DNA from: an uncultured virus (IMG/VR IMGVR_UViG_3300031227_016742)
Lineage: Duplodnaviria; Heunggongvirae; Uroviricota; Caudoviricetes
Length of the DNA stretch: 64,000 nt
IMG/VR virus record: IMGVR_UViG_3300031227_016742
Reading direction: 5' to 3' (one strand)
Position numbers and translations under genes: made by a program. Below, piece by piece: positions 45,464-55,460 of this stretch; the first letter of the stretch is position 1, and every line of letters begins with the position of its first letter. Under the pieces are notes generated by a model. It did no database searches. It was not told where the DNA came from and saw only the letters and a list, made by a program, of their open reading frames with translations.

Positions 45464-46060
45464 TCACTTCCCGTAGACGATCCAGGTCGGGGTGATGACG
45501 GTGATGACGTAGTGGTTGTAGCGAAGAGGGCCAGGCGTCCACACCCTGAAGCCCTTCTTGGCATCGCCGTCCGTGTCGGGATCCTCCTCGTACTCCGCCT
45601 GCTTCAGCCACTCCCAGGCCAGGGCGGTGGCCGGCGCGACACCCATAGGGTAGGGCAGCGGCTGGACCACGACCTCGCTGTCGAGGCGGTGAGCTCGAAC
45701 GTAGTCGGTGTTGTATCGACGGACGGCGGTCTCCCGACCCTTGTGTTCATCGTACACATGGGCGTACTCACCGTGATCCCACCACGGCTCGGCCGTGCAG
45801 GTGCTCTGCTCGCTGGTGGTCCGCATGGGGACACGGATCTTGACGGGGTCATGGCCGGACTTGACGAGCCAGAACAGCGTCATGCCCAGACCCGGGAGCT
45901 CGGCGAAGCCCTCGGCTTTGGGGTGAGTGCCAAACGCGATGGCCATGGCCATCTCGAAGGTCCACTGGGTGTCGGCCTGGACATCGAGCCTGTCGATGAC
46001 GCCCCAGTCGCGTTCGGGGACACGGAAGTCTTTGTCTTTTCTCACTTTTCTTCTCCTCAT
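45464..46060 (-). CDS. hypothetical protein
   Basis: EPD.DG..KGFRV, P.W..YGK motifs. Confidence 0.7.
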   Translation of the reverse strand: MRRRKVRKDKDFRVPERDWGVIDRLDVQADTQWTFEMAMAIAFGTHPKAEGFAELPGLGMTLFWLVKSGHDPVKIRVPMRTTSEQSTCTAEPWWDHGEYAHVYDEHKGRETAVRRYNTDYVRAHRLDSEVVVQPLPYPMGVAPATALAWEWLKQAEYEEDPDTDGDAKKGFRVWTPGPLRYNHYVITVITPTWIVYGK

Positions 46061-46407
46061 ACGTAGGTGCCCGGATCGGCTGAGTCCGCGCCTTGTCGTT
46101 CGTTTCCGCCGAGCTCGACGACCTTCAGGTCGAAGCTCAAAGCAAAAGTCAGCACCACCCCGACCACGCTCGAGCAGACGATCATCGCGAGCACTGGCTG
46201 GCCGAAGACGGGACCCCAGAAGTCGACGAGTATCCCGGTGTTCTCCATGCCCACGAGGCTCGTCGCCATCGGAAGCGTGAACAGCAGCAGGCTCAGCGCC
46301 TTGGTGCCATCGCTGGCGCCCTCACGCAGCCGATCTTTCCAGATCGCCGTAGCGGCACACAGGGCGAGAGTGACGAAGAGGACGAGGAGAGAAAGGAAAA
46401 GGCTCAC
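46057..46407 (-). CDS. membrane protein (about 3 TM)
   Basis: Hydrophobic segments. Confidence 0.65.
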   Translation of the reverse strand: MSLFLSLLVLFVTLALCAATAIWKDRLREGASDGTKALSLLLFTLPMATSLVGMENTGILVDFWGPVFGQPVLAMIVCSSVVGVVLTFALSFDLKVVELGGNERQGADSADPGTYV

Positions 46408-47201
46408 GGCGTCACCCGGGCCTTGTCGGCATCCAACCTCTCGAGGTACTGCAGCCAGTTGTTCCGTCCGACCGCGACAGGTCCGTCATGTTCGATCGAG
46501 TTGACGATACCGATGAGCTCGTTGCGAGCGTCCTCTCCGGACAGGCTGTCGAAGACCTCCTCACACTTGGTCTCGAGAAAAGTCCTCGTCTCCTTGTCGG
46601 CCACATCCTCGACGATGTAGTAGAACCAGTCGTCGACGGAGACGTCCACCGTGCGCATGCGGTGCATCATAGGGGTCACGCCATCGGGGGCGACCTCTCG
46701 GGGGTCGGTGTTCGCCGGGGTGTAGTCCTGGACATTCTTCAGGTGAAGAGCAATCTCGGACAGCAGCATCAAGGCACAGTGCCATTCATCGTGACCCCAG
46801 GATCCGAGGTTGAAGCCGTTGGATAGGTCCGTCTCGTCGGGGTGGATGTACCGCACCAGAGCTTCGATGTCGTGACCGTGGCGCCCATGGCGGCTGTCTT
46901 CGAAATCCATCCCGAACTCGACCACGTGCCACCCGTCCGCGGAGACCTGGCCCACGGCGAAGTCGATGATGCCCCAGGTGTTGCAGGGGATGCGGTGCAG
47001 CAGCGTGGCGCGGCCATCGAAGAGGGTCGGTGTACCATCAGACCGCTTGGGCGCGCCGGGGGCCAGCAGCTGCCGACCGGCGTGGTGCTGCCATAGCTCC
47101 CAGCAGGGAACGCTCATGCAGTACATGGCGTAGGCCCGATAGGTCTTGCTGTCGCTGAGCTGGCGCAGAACGCGGGAGGCGTGTTCGTGCTTCGGTTTCA
47201 T
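46404..47201 (-). CDS. hypothetical protein
   Basis: ORF in coupled operon. Confidence 0.65.
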   Translation of the reverse strand: MKPKHEHASRVLRQLSDSKTYRAYAMYCMSVPCWELWQHHAGRQLLAPGAPKRSDGTPTLFDGRATLLHRIPCNTWGIIDFAVGQVSADGWHVVEFGMDFEDSRHGRHGHDIEALVRYIHPDETDLSNGFNLGSWGHDEWHCALMLLSEIALHLKNVQDYTPANTDPREVAPDGVTPMMHRMRTVDVSVDDWFYYIVEDVADKETRTFLETKCEEVFDSLSGEDARNELIGIVNSIEHDGPVAVGRNNWLQYLERLDADKARVTP

Positions 47202-47455
47202 GACTCAGGCCCCTCGGGGAGGTGCTCGAGGTCCTCCTCCGTGAGATCGGCTACCTTCTTTTCGTCCACGTCTCGGACATCTATGGATAGGTCGGCCACC
47301 TCCCATGTCGTGTCCGCGTCCCGCGCGTCCCACGACAGCTCCGCTGAGAGGGCGTTGACGACGGCACGAAGACGTTCTTGGCTCCACCCTGCGGGGTGCC
47401 TCAAGGTGATGTCGTAGGCGGTGATGCGCTTCAGCGTCAGCTTGGTGGTGGTCAC
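47198..47455 (-). CDS. hypothetical protein
   Basis: ORF in coupled operon. Confidence 0.55.
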   Translation of the reverse strand: MTTTKLTLKRITAYDITLRHPAGWSQERLRAVVNALSAELSWDARDADTTWEVADLSIDVRDVDEKKVADLTEEDLEHLPEGPES

Positions 47456-47466
47456 TGGACTGGCCC

Positions 47467-47880
47467 CTACAGTGGCTGCAGCGGCTGCTTGGAGCAGACG
47501 GCGCCATCTGGACAGAATGGTGAACAGTCACGAAGGTCGTAGTGCGGACAGGCCCTGGAAATGTCGTTGTCTCTGGCCCTGATTCGATCAGGTAGCGACC
47601 CGGCCTCGATCTTCTGTGGCGTGTCGACGAACCGGGAGAAGCCGCCGAGCTTGGCCATGACGGTGGGGTCGAGCTCGAAGAAGGCACAGCTGGCCACGCC
47701 GATGCGGCAGATGGACAGAGGCCTGGTAGGCCCGGTGTGCTTGACGTGACTGTAGTGGTGGCTCTGACAGGAACCGAACAGGGCGTCATTCTGATAAAAG
47801 AAGGCGCTGACACACAGCCCGCACACCGGGGGGATGGTGTACTGCAGCGCTTCGAGCTGGCGGAGCTTCTCGGCGTCCAT
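47467..47880 (-). CDS. Cys/His-rich hypothetical protein
   Basis: GAGGAG SD; CGLC, HVKH. Confidence 0.65.
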   Translation of the reverse strand: MDAEKLRQLEALQYTIPPVCGLCVSAFFYQNDALFGSCQSHHYSHVKHTGPTRPLSICRIGVASCAFFELDPTVMAKLGGFSRFVDTPQKIEAGSLPDRIRARDNDISRACPHYDLRDCSPFCPDGAVCSKQPLQPL

Positions 47881-48371
47881 CAGGGCTCCTCCCCGATGCG
47901 CTGCACAACTCCGATGGTGTCTACGGGGACACACCGACTGTCGGTGCCATGGAAGCAGATGACGCTGGCGTTCCCCACCAGGTCGAAGGCAGCGGATCCA
48001 ACACTGCCGTCTGCCAGATCTGCCAAGACCGTGCAGCGGCCGGACTGTACCTCGTCGAGCAAGATGGGGAACTGGGAATGACCGGAGTGGTCATGACAGC
48101 GGTAGTGAACCCAGCCATCCTCTGCGACCCTGTCACCGGCGAACATCCGCAGGTCGAGCTGCGTCTCGCCGGCATCGGCGGAACCTTCCCGTAGCGTGTC
48201 GAGGGGCTGCGGACCCATCAACGCTCCAAACATGAACAGTACGGTGAAGCCCGCACTGACGAACCCAACGATGCATCCCTTGATGAAACCACGACGATGT
48301 GCTTCACGGAGATCGATCGCGCTGCATGTCTCGATGACGCTGCTCACGTCGTGCTTGTCGTCTGTGCTCAT
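47880..48371 (-). CDS. single-TM hypothetical protein
   Basis: RRGFIKGCIVGFV TM. Confidence 0.6.
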   Translation of the reverse strand: MSTDDKHDVSSVIETCSAIDLREAHRRGFIKGCIVGFVSAGFTVLFMFGALMGPQPLDTLREGSADAGETQLDLRMFAGDRVAEDGWVHYRCHDHSGHSQFPILLDEVQSGRCTVLADLADGSVGSAAFDLVGNASVICFHGTDSRCVPVDTIGVVQRIGEEP

Positions 48372-48607
48372 GGCTCGAGATCCTCGTCGCATACGTCCAG
48401 GCAGCGCCGCATCTCGGGGGAGATCCGCACGAGCGACGCGCTGTTGTTGTCGAGGGCCGTGAGGATAACGACACAGATCGTCCCCATCGACAGCGCCATG
48501 ATCAGCACACCCATGCGGAATCCACGCCACCAGCCTTTGTCATACATGGCGTTTCCGGCGTCTTGTACGAACCTATCTGCGTCTGGTGAGGGCTTGTTCG
48601 TGGTCAT
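48368..48607 (-). CDS. small membrane protein
   Basis: WWRGFRMG plus TM. Confidence 0.55.
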   Translation of the reverse strand: MTTNKPSPDADRFVQDAGNAMYDKGWWRGFRMGVLIMALSMGTICVVILTALDNNSASLVRISPEMRRCLDVCDEDLEP

Positions 48608-48882
48608 AACGAGTTGTCCCCGAACGAGAGGTGTCGCTCTTCGGCCTGCTCGGCCTGCTCGGTCCGTTCAGCTGGGTCTTCTACCAGAACTACATGGATA
48701 TCGGCGATCCCGACGACGCTGGCGAACAGCGAGATCAGCACAGCGAACATCCCGAAGGTGAACAGCGTGGCTGCAACGCCGCGCCAAAAAGCGCGAGCCT
48801 GATTCTTCTCGAGGTCCGCGTCGGTCCACTTGTACTCGGAGAGCCACGTGACACCGGGTTTGATCTTCCTCTCGCCGCTCAT
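48604..48882 (-). CDS. small membrane protein
   Basis: FWRGVAA plus TM. Confidence 0.55.
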   Translation of the reverse strand: MSGERKIKPGVTWLSEYKWTDADLEKNQARAFWRGVAATLFTFGMFAVLISLFASVVGIADIHVVLVEDPAERTEQAEQAEERHLSFGDNSL

Positions 48883-48928
48883 GGCTCGACCTCGATCTGC
48901 TCTGGTGACACGGGGTTTGGTGCCCTTC

Positions 48929-49312
48929 TCACCCATCGTCGGGTTCCGGTGCGTCATCGGGCTTGGTGGCGTCGTCCAGCATGGCCTCGGTGAGCATGTC
49001 TTGGCCCTCCGGGGTGCTGAGGATTTTCGCCGCCTCGTCCAGCATGAACTCGGTCATGAGATCCACCCCGGCCTTCTTCACGACAGCAGAGCCGGTGAGC
49101 TCTCCCAGGATACCGAAGAAGGTTCCCTCGAGCAGACGTGGGTCGATGGGGCTGTCATCTGGAAACATCCGAGAGAACGCTGTCTCGGACGCCGCGCAGC
49201 CCGGGCACTGGTCGGGTTCGTGCTCGATGTCAGGGGAGACCTCGAAGGATCCGCTCTCCACCATCGCATAGTGCCTCGGGCACCAGTTCTTGTCGCTGGC
49301 CGTGGTCATCAC
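48929..49312 (-). CDS. hypothetical protein
   Basis: ORF in operon. Confidence 0.6.
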   Translation of the reverse strand: MMTTASDKNWCPRHYAMVESGSFEVSPDIEHEPDQCPGCAASETAFSRMFPDDSPIDPRLLEGTFFGILGELTGSAVVKKAGVDLMTEFMLDEAAKILSTPEGQDMLTEAMLDDATKPDDAPEPDDG

Positions 49313-49743
49313 TGCTCCGGTGGGGCCTTCTCCAGCCCCTTGACTCTGGGTGAGTAGAACCAGGAGTTCAGCGGCTGGCCCCTGGCGCCGAAGCGCTTCA
49401 CCTCGACGATGACGCCTTCACTGGCAGGCACATCGAACTGCAGACAGTTGCGAGAAGCACCGATAAAGCGCTCTTTGGCGTCCTCCAGCCACTTTCCACA
49501 GCGTGCGCCGAACAGGTTGGGCGCATTGTCGAGCATGAGACGCCTGAACCCAAAGTCCTCTCTCCGGCCGACGTAGATCACGGTTCCCCGTTTGCCGGTC
49601 GTGTGTCCGCCGGCCTGGGAGAGCCAGAAGACCTCGTCACCGGGCTGAAAAGGGAACGCGTCGATGGTGTCGGGGCCCACACGGTGAGCAAAGTTTTTCA
49701 GCGGGGTGTTGTCGGCATCGACGGTCATCTCGGACTCCTTCAT
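49309..49743 (-). CDS. hypothetical protein
   Basis: GDEV.W.SQAGG..T.K.G. Confidence 0.65.
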   Translation of the reverse strand: MKESEMTVDADNTPLKNFAHRVGPDTIDAFPFQPGDEVFWLSQAGGHTTGKRGTVIYVGRREDFGFRRLMLDNAPNLFGARCGKWLEDAKERFIGASRNCLQFDVPASEGVIVEVKRFGARGQPLNSWFYSPRVKGLEKAPPEQ

Positions 49744-49752
49744 AGTGCCATG

Positions 49753-49781
49753 AAGCTAACGCGTGCCACTGTCCGTGGCAA
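49753..49781 (-). promoter_or_regulatory. Promoter/operator
   Basis: TTGCCA-17-TAGCTT; TGCCAC-TGTCC-GTGGCA. Confidence 0.75.
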
Positions 49782-49782
49782 G

Positions 49783-50343
49783 CTACTTCTTCCGACGCCG
49801 ACGATATCCAGCAGAGCCAACGCTCGTCCTGCTCGGCTTCGGGGCCGGGTCGAACATGGCCATGGTCTCGAGGCTCTCACGGTACTCCTCGAGTATGGAC
49901 GGCCAGTGGTTCCTGGCGGCCAGCAGCAGGCCAGCGACGATGACCTCGTCCTGGTCCGGCTTTCCGATGATGGTCAAGGTCACTCTCGCCGGGTTCCCGG
50001 GGATGCCAGGAACCACCGGGTCATCGCCGGTGACGAAGTCGAAGGCTGGGCCCCTCTTTCGTAGCGGCATGAGCAGCCCCTGCTTGCGGCCCGCGGTCCA
50101 CCACTGGGCGGAGGCCATGGAGCCAGAGCCACAGGTCGGGATGCCGTGCACGTCGTTGGCGATGAGCAGCCCCGCCGGACCTTTTTTGCCGGTCTCTCCG
50201 TAGACGGCCAGCGGGATGCCTGGCATCGACCCTGGCGCCAGCTGGTTCATGTGGACCATGGCCACCGGCATGGTGAAGCTCAATGTGGAGAGCAGGTCGA
50301 CCCTGATGATGGAGCCTGTTCGGAGCTTGTTCATGTTTTTCAT
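49783..50343 (-). CDS. hypothetical protein
   Basis: GAGGAGG SD. Confidence 0.65.
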   Translation of the reverse strand: MKNMNKLRTGSIIRVDLLSTLSFTMPVAMVHMNQLAPGSMPGIPLAVYGETGKKGPAGLLIANDVHGIPTCGSGSMASAQWWTAGRKQGLLMPLRKRGPAFDFVTGDDPVVPGIPGNPARVTLTIIGKPDQDEVIVAGLLLAARNHWPSILEEYRESLETMAMFDPAPKPSRTSVGSAGYRRRRKK

Positions 50344-51080
50344 TCCTCCTCTTCGGGGAAGCTCCTCTTCCATGGCCTCCACACCTTCGCCTTCCATTCC
50401 GGGCTCTCGTATCCGGGCACGTAGGCGTCCCTCGTCCTGACCGTGAGGCGCTGCTTGGCCTGCTGCAGCCTGAGCACCTGTGTCCGGTGGGCACGCGTCG
50501 AGCGCCACCCACTCAGGTAGGCCACAGCTCTGTCCACCGTCTCACCGATGAGCTCCAACAGACGTCTCCATGTCTGTATGGCCTTGTTCGCGGTGACAAA
50601 ATGTTCCACCAGCGTGGCCGGATCGAAGCGCGGGTTGTACTCCGCGACCTCGTGGTAGTTGACATATTCGTGGGCCCTCTCGAGTAGCAGGCCTCTCCAG
50701 GTGCTCTCCCGGCGAAGCGTGGTGCAACCCAATACCGACTGTCTCGGATCGAACTCGAGCCGCAAGAGCCAGACACAGGTAGAACCCAAGAGTACATGCC
50801 ACAACGACAAGAGCACGATGAACATGATGGTGTCGACAAAGAACACAGGACCCCAGGACAGATCCGGTCCGAGCCACGGCCGCAGCACCAGCATGTTGAA
50901 GGTCCCGAGCACCACAGGCATCCAGACCAAGCGGAACCACCACCGCTGCCAGAATCTCCCAACGTCCACATGGACAGGACCTTCCTTGGTGATGGAGCCG
51001 GTGAAGCTATCTTGGGCGATCCGGCCGAACATCTCGTTCAGCTCGGTGCGCAAGGCGAGGAGCTCTCTGGTGTCGATCAT
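50340..51080 (-). CDS. 2-TM membrane protein (paralogue of the N-terminal part of 51077-52285)
   Basis: WQR...RLV, W.VLLGS..W.L, NPR..P. Confidence 0.7.
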   Translation of the reverse strand: MIDTRELLALRTELNEMFGRIAQDSFTGSITKEGPVHVDVGRFWQRWWFRLVWMPVVLGTFNMLVLRPWLGPDLSWGPVFFVDTIMFIVLLSLWHVLLGSTCVWLLRLEFDPRQSVLGCTTLRRESTWRGLLLERAHEYVNYHEVAEYNPRFDPATLVEHFVTANKAIQTWRRLLELIGETVDRAVAYLSGWRSTRAHRTQVLRLQQAKQRLTVRTRDAYVPGYESPEWKAKVWRPWKRSFPEEEE

Positions 51081-52285
51081 GACGGCTCCTCACCCACCGT
51101 GGGCGATGCGGGAGCGGATGGCAGCACCAATATCTCGACCTCTCCGACCTTGATGAAACATCCTGGCTGGAAAGTTGCGTTGCTGATCGGCTCGTTGTTG
51201 AGCATGGTGCCAGCCACAGACCCGAGGTCGAGCAGCTGGGCTGTGCCACATTCGATGTTGATGACCGCGTGCAGGTTCGCGACCGATCCGTCCCGGACCC
51301 TCAGCATGGCCGCAGGACCGCTGCCAATGGTGACACTCTCTGCGGAGAATCCCTGCCGGAGCAGGTGCTGTCCGGGGATGCAGACCTCGAAGTCGATGCG
51401 GGACTTTCCGTTCACCGAAAACGGTCTCGGGTTCACGCTGTCATCCTGCGCCTCGTCTGGCCTCTCTTCTTCGGCCTCGTCTGGCCCATCTTCCCTGGCT
51501 TCGTCCTTGGTGACATAGATCTGCCCCATCATGCGCTCGAAGGTCACAGGATCGCCGTCGATGACCGCCTCGGCTTTTTTGGGGGCCCACTCATGGTCCG
51601 CGTCGGATCGCTCGAGGTTGCTCCAGCGTCGCCTCCACCAGCGTCCGACGAGCCATTGACCGATGGAACCGGGGGCAGTCTCGATGGACGATCGTAAGGA
51701 TCTTCGGGTGTCCAGGCGGCTCCTGGCCTTGGTGATGCGATCGCACATCACCTGGGGGGTGACGCGCGGGTTGTTGGCCGTGACCTGGTCCATGTTCACC
51801 CACGCGCCGTTCGTTCTGCCCCAGTCGTCCGGTGTCATGTCCAAAAAACCGATCCATTTGTTGGCCCGACGCAGGCTCACCCTGCGATCTGAACCGTTGG
51901 GCCACCATGAACTGGTGTCCTCACCTTCACTCCGCGGATCCAGTTCGACCTTGGGCTTCAGGCACCAGGCGTCCGAGGAACCTAAGAGAACCCACCAGAT
52001 CGCGTGGATAGGGACCTGGACGATGAGGTGACATAGAGAGACCAACGACCATGTCGTGTCATCCTGGCCGAGCAATAGGGTGATGACAGCGACGACCGGA
52101 ACCGCCATGAGGTAGACCGTCACCAGCCTCCAGAGAAAACGCTGGTGCCAGCGCCCGGCCCAGACCGAGAGCTTCGGATCGATGTCCAGCGACTCGAAGC
52201 GCTTGCGCATCATGCGCTCGAAGGTCGCGTTAATCTCATCGGCGATGTCACCGACACGCTCTTTGTCTTGTTCTGTCCATCCCAT
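51077..52285 (-). CDS. 2-TM membrane protein with C-terminal FHA-like domain
   Basis: VTIGS...VANLHA.I...LLDLGS..GT.LN. Confidence 0.75.
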   Translation of the reverse strand: MGWTEQDKERVGDIADEINATFERMMRKRFESLDIDPKLSVWAGRWHQRFLWRLVTVYLMAVPVVAVITLLLGQDDTTWSLVSLCHLIVQVPIHAIWWVLLGSSDAWCLKPKVELDPRSEGEDTSSWWPNGSDRRVSLRRANKWIGFLDMTPDDWGRTNGAWVNMDQVTANNPRVTPQVMCDRITKARSRLDTRRSLRSSIETAPGSIGQWLVGRWWRRRWSNLERSDADHEWAPKKAEAVIDGDPVTFERMMGQIYVTKDEAREDGPDEAEEERPDEAQDDSVNPRPFSVNGKSRIDFEVCIPGQHLLRQGFSAESVTIGSGPAAMLRVRDGSVANLHAVINIECGTAQLLDLGSVAGTMLNNEPISNATFQPGCFIKVGEVEILVLPSAPASPTVGEEPS

Positions 52286-53583
52286 CACGCACGCTCCTTG
52301 CTCGCAGCGCATGCCGCGGCGTTCTTCTTCGTGTCCCCGTCCTGCTTCTCATTGGCCTTCTCTTTGACCCGCTGCATGGAGCCATCCAAGGCCTCCATCT
52401 CCGCTCGGATCTCTTCTTCGAGCTGCTCCAGGGCGTCGTCCCGGTGTCGGTTCATGCTGGCCCGGGCACGCTCGGTCTCCATCTGCACAGCCATGTCGTC
52501 CAGCATCGACCGAGAGCCTGCCGTCTTGCGCAGGAGCTCCTCGTTTTCCTTTTCGGCACGGCGCTCGTCCTTGCGCTTCTCGTGCTCTATGGCCTGATCG
52601 ATGCGGTCGAGCAACCAGCGCATGTCGCGCTTCGGGAACTCGGAATGCATGACGTCCTTGTAGCTGTGGATCTCGTTTTGGACCTCGAAGAAGACCCTCT
52701 TCGGACCAGGCTTGACGACGATGCGCTTGTTGCGTCGACGCCAGAGCTCGACCAGCCCGACAGTGACACCGCCGAATATCATGCTCATCCCAAACCCCAA
52801 GACGAACGGGAGGTACCAGAGGGTCGCCTCTCCATTTCCGCGCAGGGGACAGACGAACCCTGCCAGCGCGGCTGCTGCCGGGATCAGCCTACCGAGCATC
52901 ACGTCGGTCCGGCTGCGGTGTCGGCTGTCGAAGCTCGGGTGCATGTTCAGATGATCTTCCCCCAGGCGCAGAGCGAGAGCCTGAGCGAAGGTGAGCTCGA
53001 TCTGCTCGTCGAGCTTCTCCTCTTCGTTCTGGCAGACGACGGTAGTGGGTTCGCTCGGTTCGAAATATTTGGCCGCGTCGTGCCGGGCCCGCTTCTGGAA
53101 GCTCAGGCGGCCCGCGGCCCGCTGGGCCTGCTCCTCGAAGCTCAGACGGCCCGCGACAGCCTCACCCGGCATGTGTGTGACCTCGTCGGTGCCTCCGCCC
53201 GGTGGGGCGCTGGCGGTGGACGAGACGGAGGAGAAGGGTCCAGGGACATCTTCATGCATCTGCGTGACGGCGGCTCGTTCACGCATCTGCGCGACGGTAG
53301 CCCGGAACATCTCTGTCTGCTCCCGGGTCATCCGATTCATCGCCTCTGTCTGTATCTCTATGTGCTCCTCCTCCATGGTATGCTCCATCTGGTGAATGAC
53401 CGTCGCCTCCAGCTCAGCGGCGCGCACGATGGCCCTCCTGGTCTTTCGTCTGGCGAGCCCATGTTGTCGGCTAGCCACATCGAGCAACTTTTTGCGCTGA
53501 TCGGCGAGCGCGCGTCGTTGATCCACGAGGTCTTGCATGACCTTCGACCGCAGCTCTGTGATCTTGTTGTAGCGGGTGGCCAC
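52285..53583 (-). CDS. coiled-coil membrane protein
   Basis: AGGAG SD, GTG start, 2 TM segments. Confidence 0.7.
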   Translation of the reverse strand: MATRYNKITELRSKVMQDLVDQRRALADQRKKLLDVASRQHGLARRKTRRAIVRAAELEATVIHQMEHTMEEEHIEIQTEAMNRMTREQTEMFRATVAQMRERAAVTQMHEDVPGPFSSVSSTASAPPGGGTDEVTHMPGEAVAGRLSFEEQAQRAAGRLSFQKRARHDAAKYFEPSEPTTVVCQNEEEKLDEQIELTFAQALALRLGEDHLNMHPSFDSRHRSRTDVMLGRLIPAAAALAGFVCPLRGNGEATLWYLPFVLGFGMSMIFGGVTVGLVELWRRRNKRIVVKPGPKRVFFEVQNEIHSYKDVMHSEFPKRDMRWLLDRIDQAIEHEKRKDERRAEKENEELLRKTAGSRSMLDDMAVQMETERARASMNRHRDDALEQLEEEIRAEMEALDGSMQRVKEKANEKQDGDTKKNAAACAASKERA

Positions 53584-53601
53584 GACGTGCTCCTGTCTCG
53601 A

Positions 53602-53916
53602 CTACGCGCTGCCCCAGGTGTACAGGCAGTACAGCAGCAGGGTGATGACGCCCACCGTGCAGCGCTTCTGGAAAGCCCCGAGAACGAGGGAGGGAAGATC
53701 GGCGTAGTTGATGCCCCGGACGATGGCCGCCAGCGGGTAGAGGAAGTACCCCAGGGCATACCAGAACAGCACGCTGCCCAAGACAATGCCGGGAGTGTAG
53801 GTGACAGCGGCATAGAGCGGCCCAGCGAACAGGAGGGCCACCCAGAAGGCTACCTGGATGAACTTCCAGGCGTACTCGAGGGGCTTGGCGCTGGGAGAGT
53901 AGCTGGTTCGACGCAT
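53602..53916 (-). CDS. membrane protein
   Basis: Hydrophobic; downstream of promoter. Confidence 0.65.
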   Translation of the reverse strand: MRRTSYSPSAKPLEYAWKFIQVAFWVALLFAGPLYAAVTYTPGIVLGSVLFWYALGYFLYPLAAIVRGINYADLPSLVLGAFQKRCTVGVITLLLYCLYTWGSA

Positions 53917-53945
53917 GATGGACTCCGTGTCCCGTGTTCCCAGAG

Positions 53946-53974
53946 AACGTAACACCTGCTACCAGCAGTAGCAA
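53946..53974 (-). promoter_or_regulatory. Promoter/operator
   Basis: TTGCTA-17-TACGTT; TGCTAC-CAGCA-GTAGCA. Confidence 0.75.
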
Positions 53975-54493
53975 CTACTTGCCCCGCATCTTCAGCAGGA
54001 TCTTGGTGACCTCCGCGGCCTTCTCGCTGCCGTCGTGCCTGTCGGGATGGCAGAGGAACAACATCTTGCGCACCATGTCCGTGGATAGTGGGGGAATCGC
54101 CGCTTCCCTGGCTTGTCTTCGCTCCTCGGCGATGGCCACCATCCGGCCTCTCACCCAGCTGGCGTCTTCCTTGACGCGATCCAGCTCTTGCTGTGTCGCC
54201 ACCAGCTCGGCCTGGACGGACTCGAGCCGCTGCAGCCACCACAGCGCGGATTCGGGCGGATCCTTCTGTTGTGCGGCCATCTTGTCGACCGCGACCATGA
54301 GCTTCTTCTGGAACCACAGATAGATCTTGTCGTTCAGGCCGATCTTACCGCCCTGACCGACCTTCCTGCAGACCAGGCACTGGCTGTAGCGCACGTCCCT
54401 CCTGGGAAATGGACGCCCACAGGTGACGCACATCGCGCCATGCCAGTCATCGACCTCGGCCTCGAGCTGTCTCCTGGTGATCATCTCAATCAT
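53975..54493 (-). CDS. zinc-finger, coiled-coil and C-terminal J-like (HPD) domain protein
   Basis: CVTC..CLVC; LCHPDRHDGS..A.EVT. Confidence 0.65.
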   Translation of the reverse strand: MIEMITRRQLEAEVDDWHGAMCVTCGRPFPRRDVRYSQCLVCRKVGQGGKIGLNDKIYLWFQKKLMVAVDKMAAQQKDPPESALWWLQRLESVQAELVATQQELDRVKEDASWVRGRMVAIAEERRQAREAAIPPLSTDMVRKMLFLCHPDRHDGSEKAAEVTKILLKMRGK

Positions 54494-54494
54494 C

Positions 54495-54914
54495 TCAGAC
54501 ACGCTCCAGTGCGTATTCCATGGCATCGAGAGCGTGGGCGAAGAACTTGCACGGACCGTGCTGGATCAGCCGAATCTCCCATCCGCTAAGACCGTCTGCC
54601 TGGCTCTCGTTGTCGACCCTATGCATGACCACGTACCTGTCATAGCACCAACATCCATGCTTCTTCTCGAACCACCAACCGTCTGGTGCCTGGCTCTCGT
54701 CCCCGCGATCGATCGCGAGGATCCGCTCGAGGCGTACTGCTCTGTTCTCTATCTCTCGACGCTCGAGGGAGCGCTTCATGAGCTCGAGGGTCAAGGGCCC
54801 GGTCCCGCAAGCTTCCAGCCCCTTGACCCAGTTGGTCGCATGCGTGTAATCGGAGAGGATCTCGTCGACGGTCATCGTCCGGTCTTCGTTCATCATCCTG
54901 CCTCGCTCGTCCAT
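54495..54914 (-). CDS. hypothetical protein
   Basis: GAGG SD. Confidence 0.65.
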   Translation of the reverse strand: MDERGRMMNEDRTMTVDEILSDYTHATNWVKGLEACGTGPLTLELMKRSLERREIENRAVRLERILAIDRGDESQAPDGWWFEKKHGCWCYDRYVVMHRVDNESQADGLSGWEIRLIQHGPCKFFAHALDAMEYALERV

Positions 54915-54931
54915 GATTGTTCCTCGTGTCA

Positions 54932-55004
54932 CCCCCCGAAGGGGCTGTAGGCTGTTGGCTGTGAGCTGTAGGCTGCGACCGAAGGTCGCCCTGACCGAAG
55001 GTCA
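54932..55004 (-). repeat. Heptamer-repeat/mini-hairpin element
   Basis: CCCC-GAA-GGGG, (RGCTGTD)4, GACC-GAA-GGTC x2. Confidence 0.9.
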
Positions 55005-55460
55005 ACTCTTCCAGCGGTTCATGACGATGCTCTCAATGGCCTTCAACGTGTTGAACAGGCTATCATTCACGAAGCTCTCGCCGTGCTCGTCCATGGCGAA
55101 GACCTCGTCGAGATGGGGCTCGATGTCGAGCAGAGTGACGAAGCTCGATGCCGAGGTGCGGAGATACTCGCCCACACGACCCGCAGCAGGCCCAATGGCC
55201 ATCAGATCGCCGAGATCGAGGAGCTCTAACGGCTTGACGGTGCCCCTCGTTCCATGGGGTGAGACATCGTTCCAGTGCCGCTGAGGCTCGAGCACACACA
55301 GGCCCAGCTCCTGCTTCGGAACGAAAAAACCATTGCCTCCGAAGATGGCCACACGGGCTCCCCGGGCGTAGCACAGGTAGATTCCCCCATGCTTCAGCTC
55401 ATGGACATGGAGCCAGTCCTCACGGTGCTTGGAGGGGAAGTCGGGTGGGAGGGCCGGCAT
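55002..55460 (-). CDS. hypothetical protein (paralogue of 55461-56165)
   Basis: HG..Y...R..GF...HW...P.E.L. Confidence 0.65.
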   Translation of the reverse strand: MPALPPDFPSKHREDWLHVHELKHGGIYLCYARGARVAIFGGNGFFVPKQELGLCVLEPQRHWNDVSPHGTRGTVKPLELLDLGDLMAIGPAAGRVGEYLRTSASSFVTLLDIEPHLDEVFAMDEHGESFVNDSLFNTLKAIESIVMNRWKS

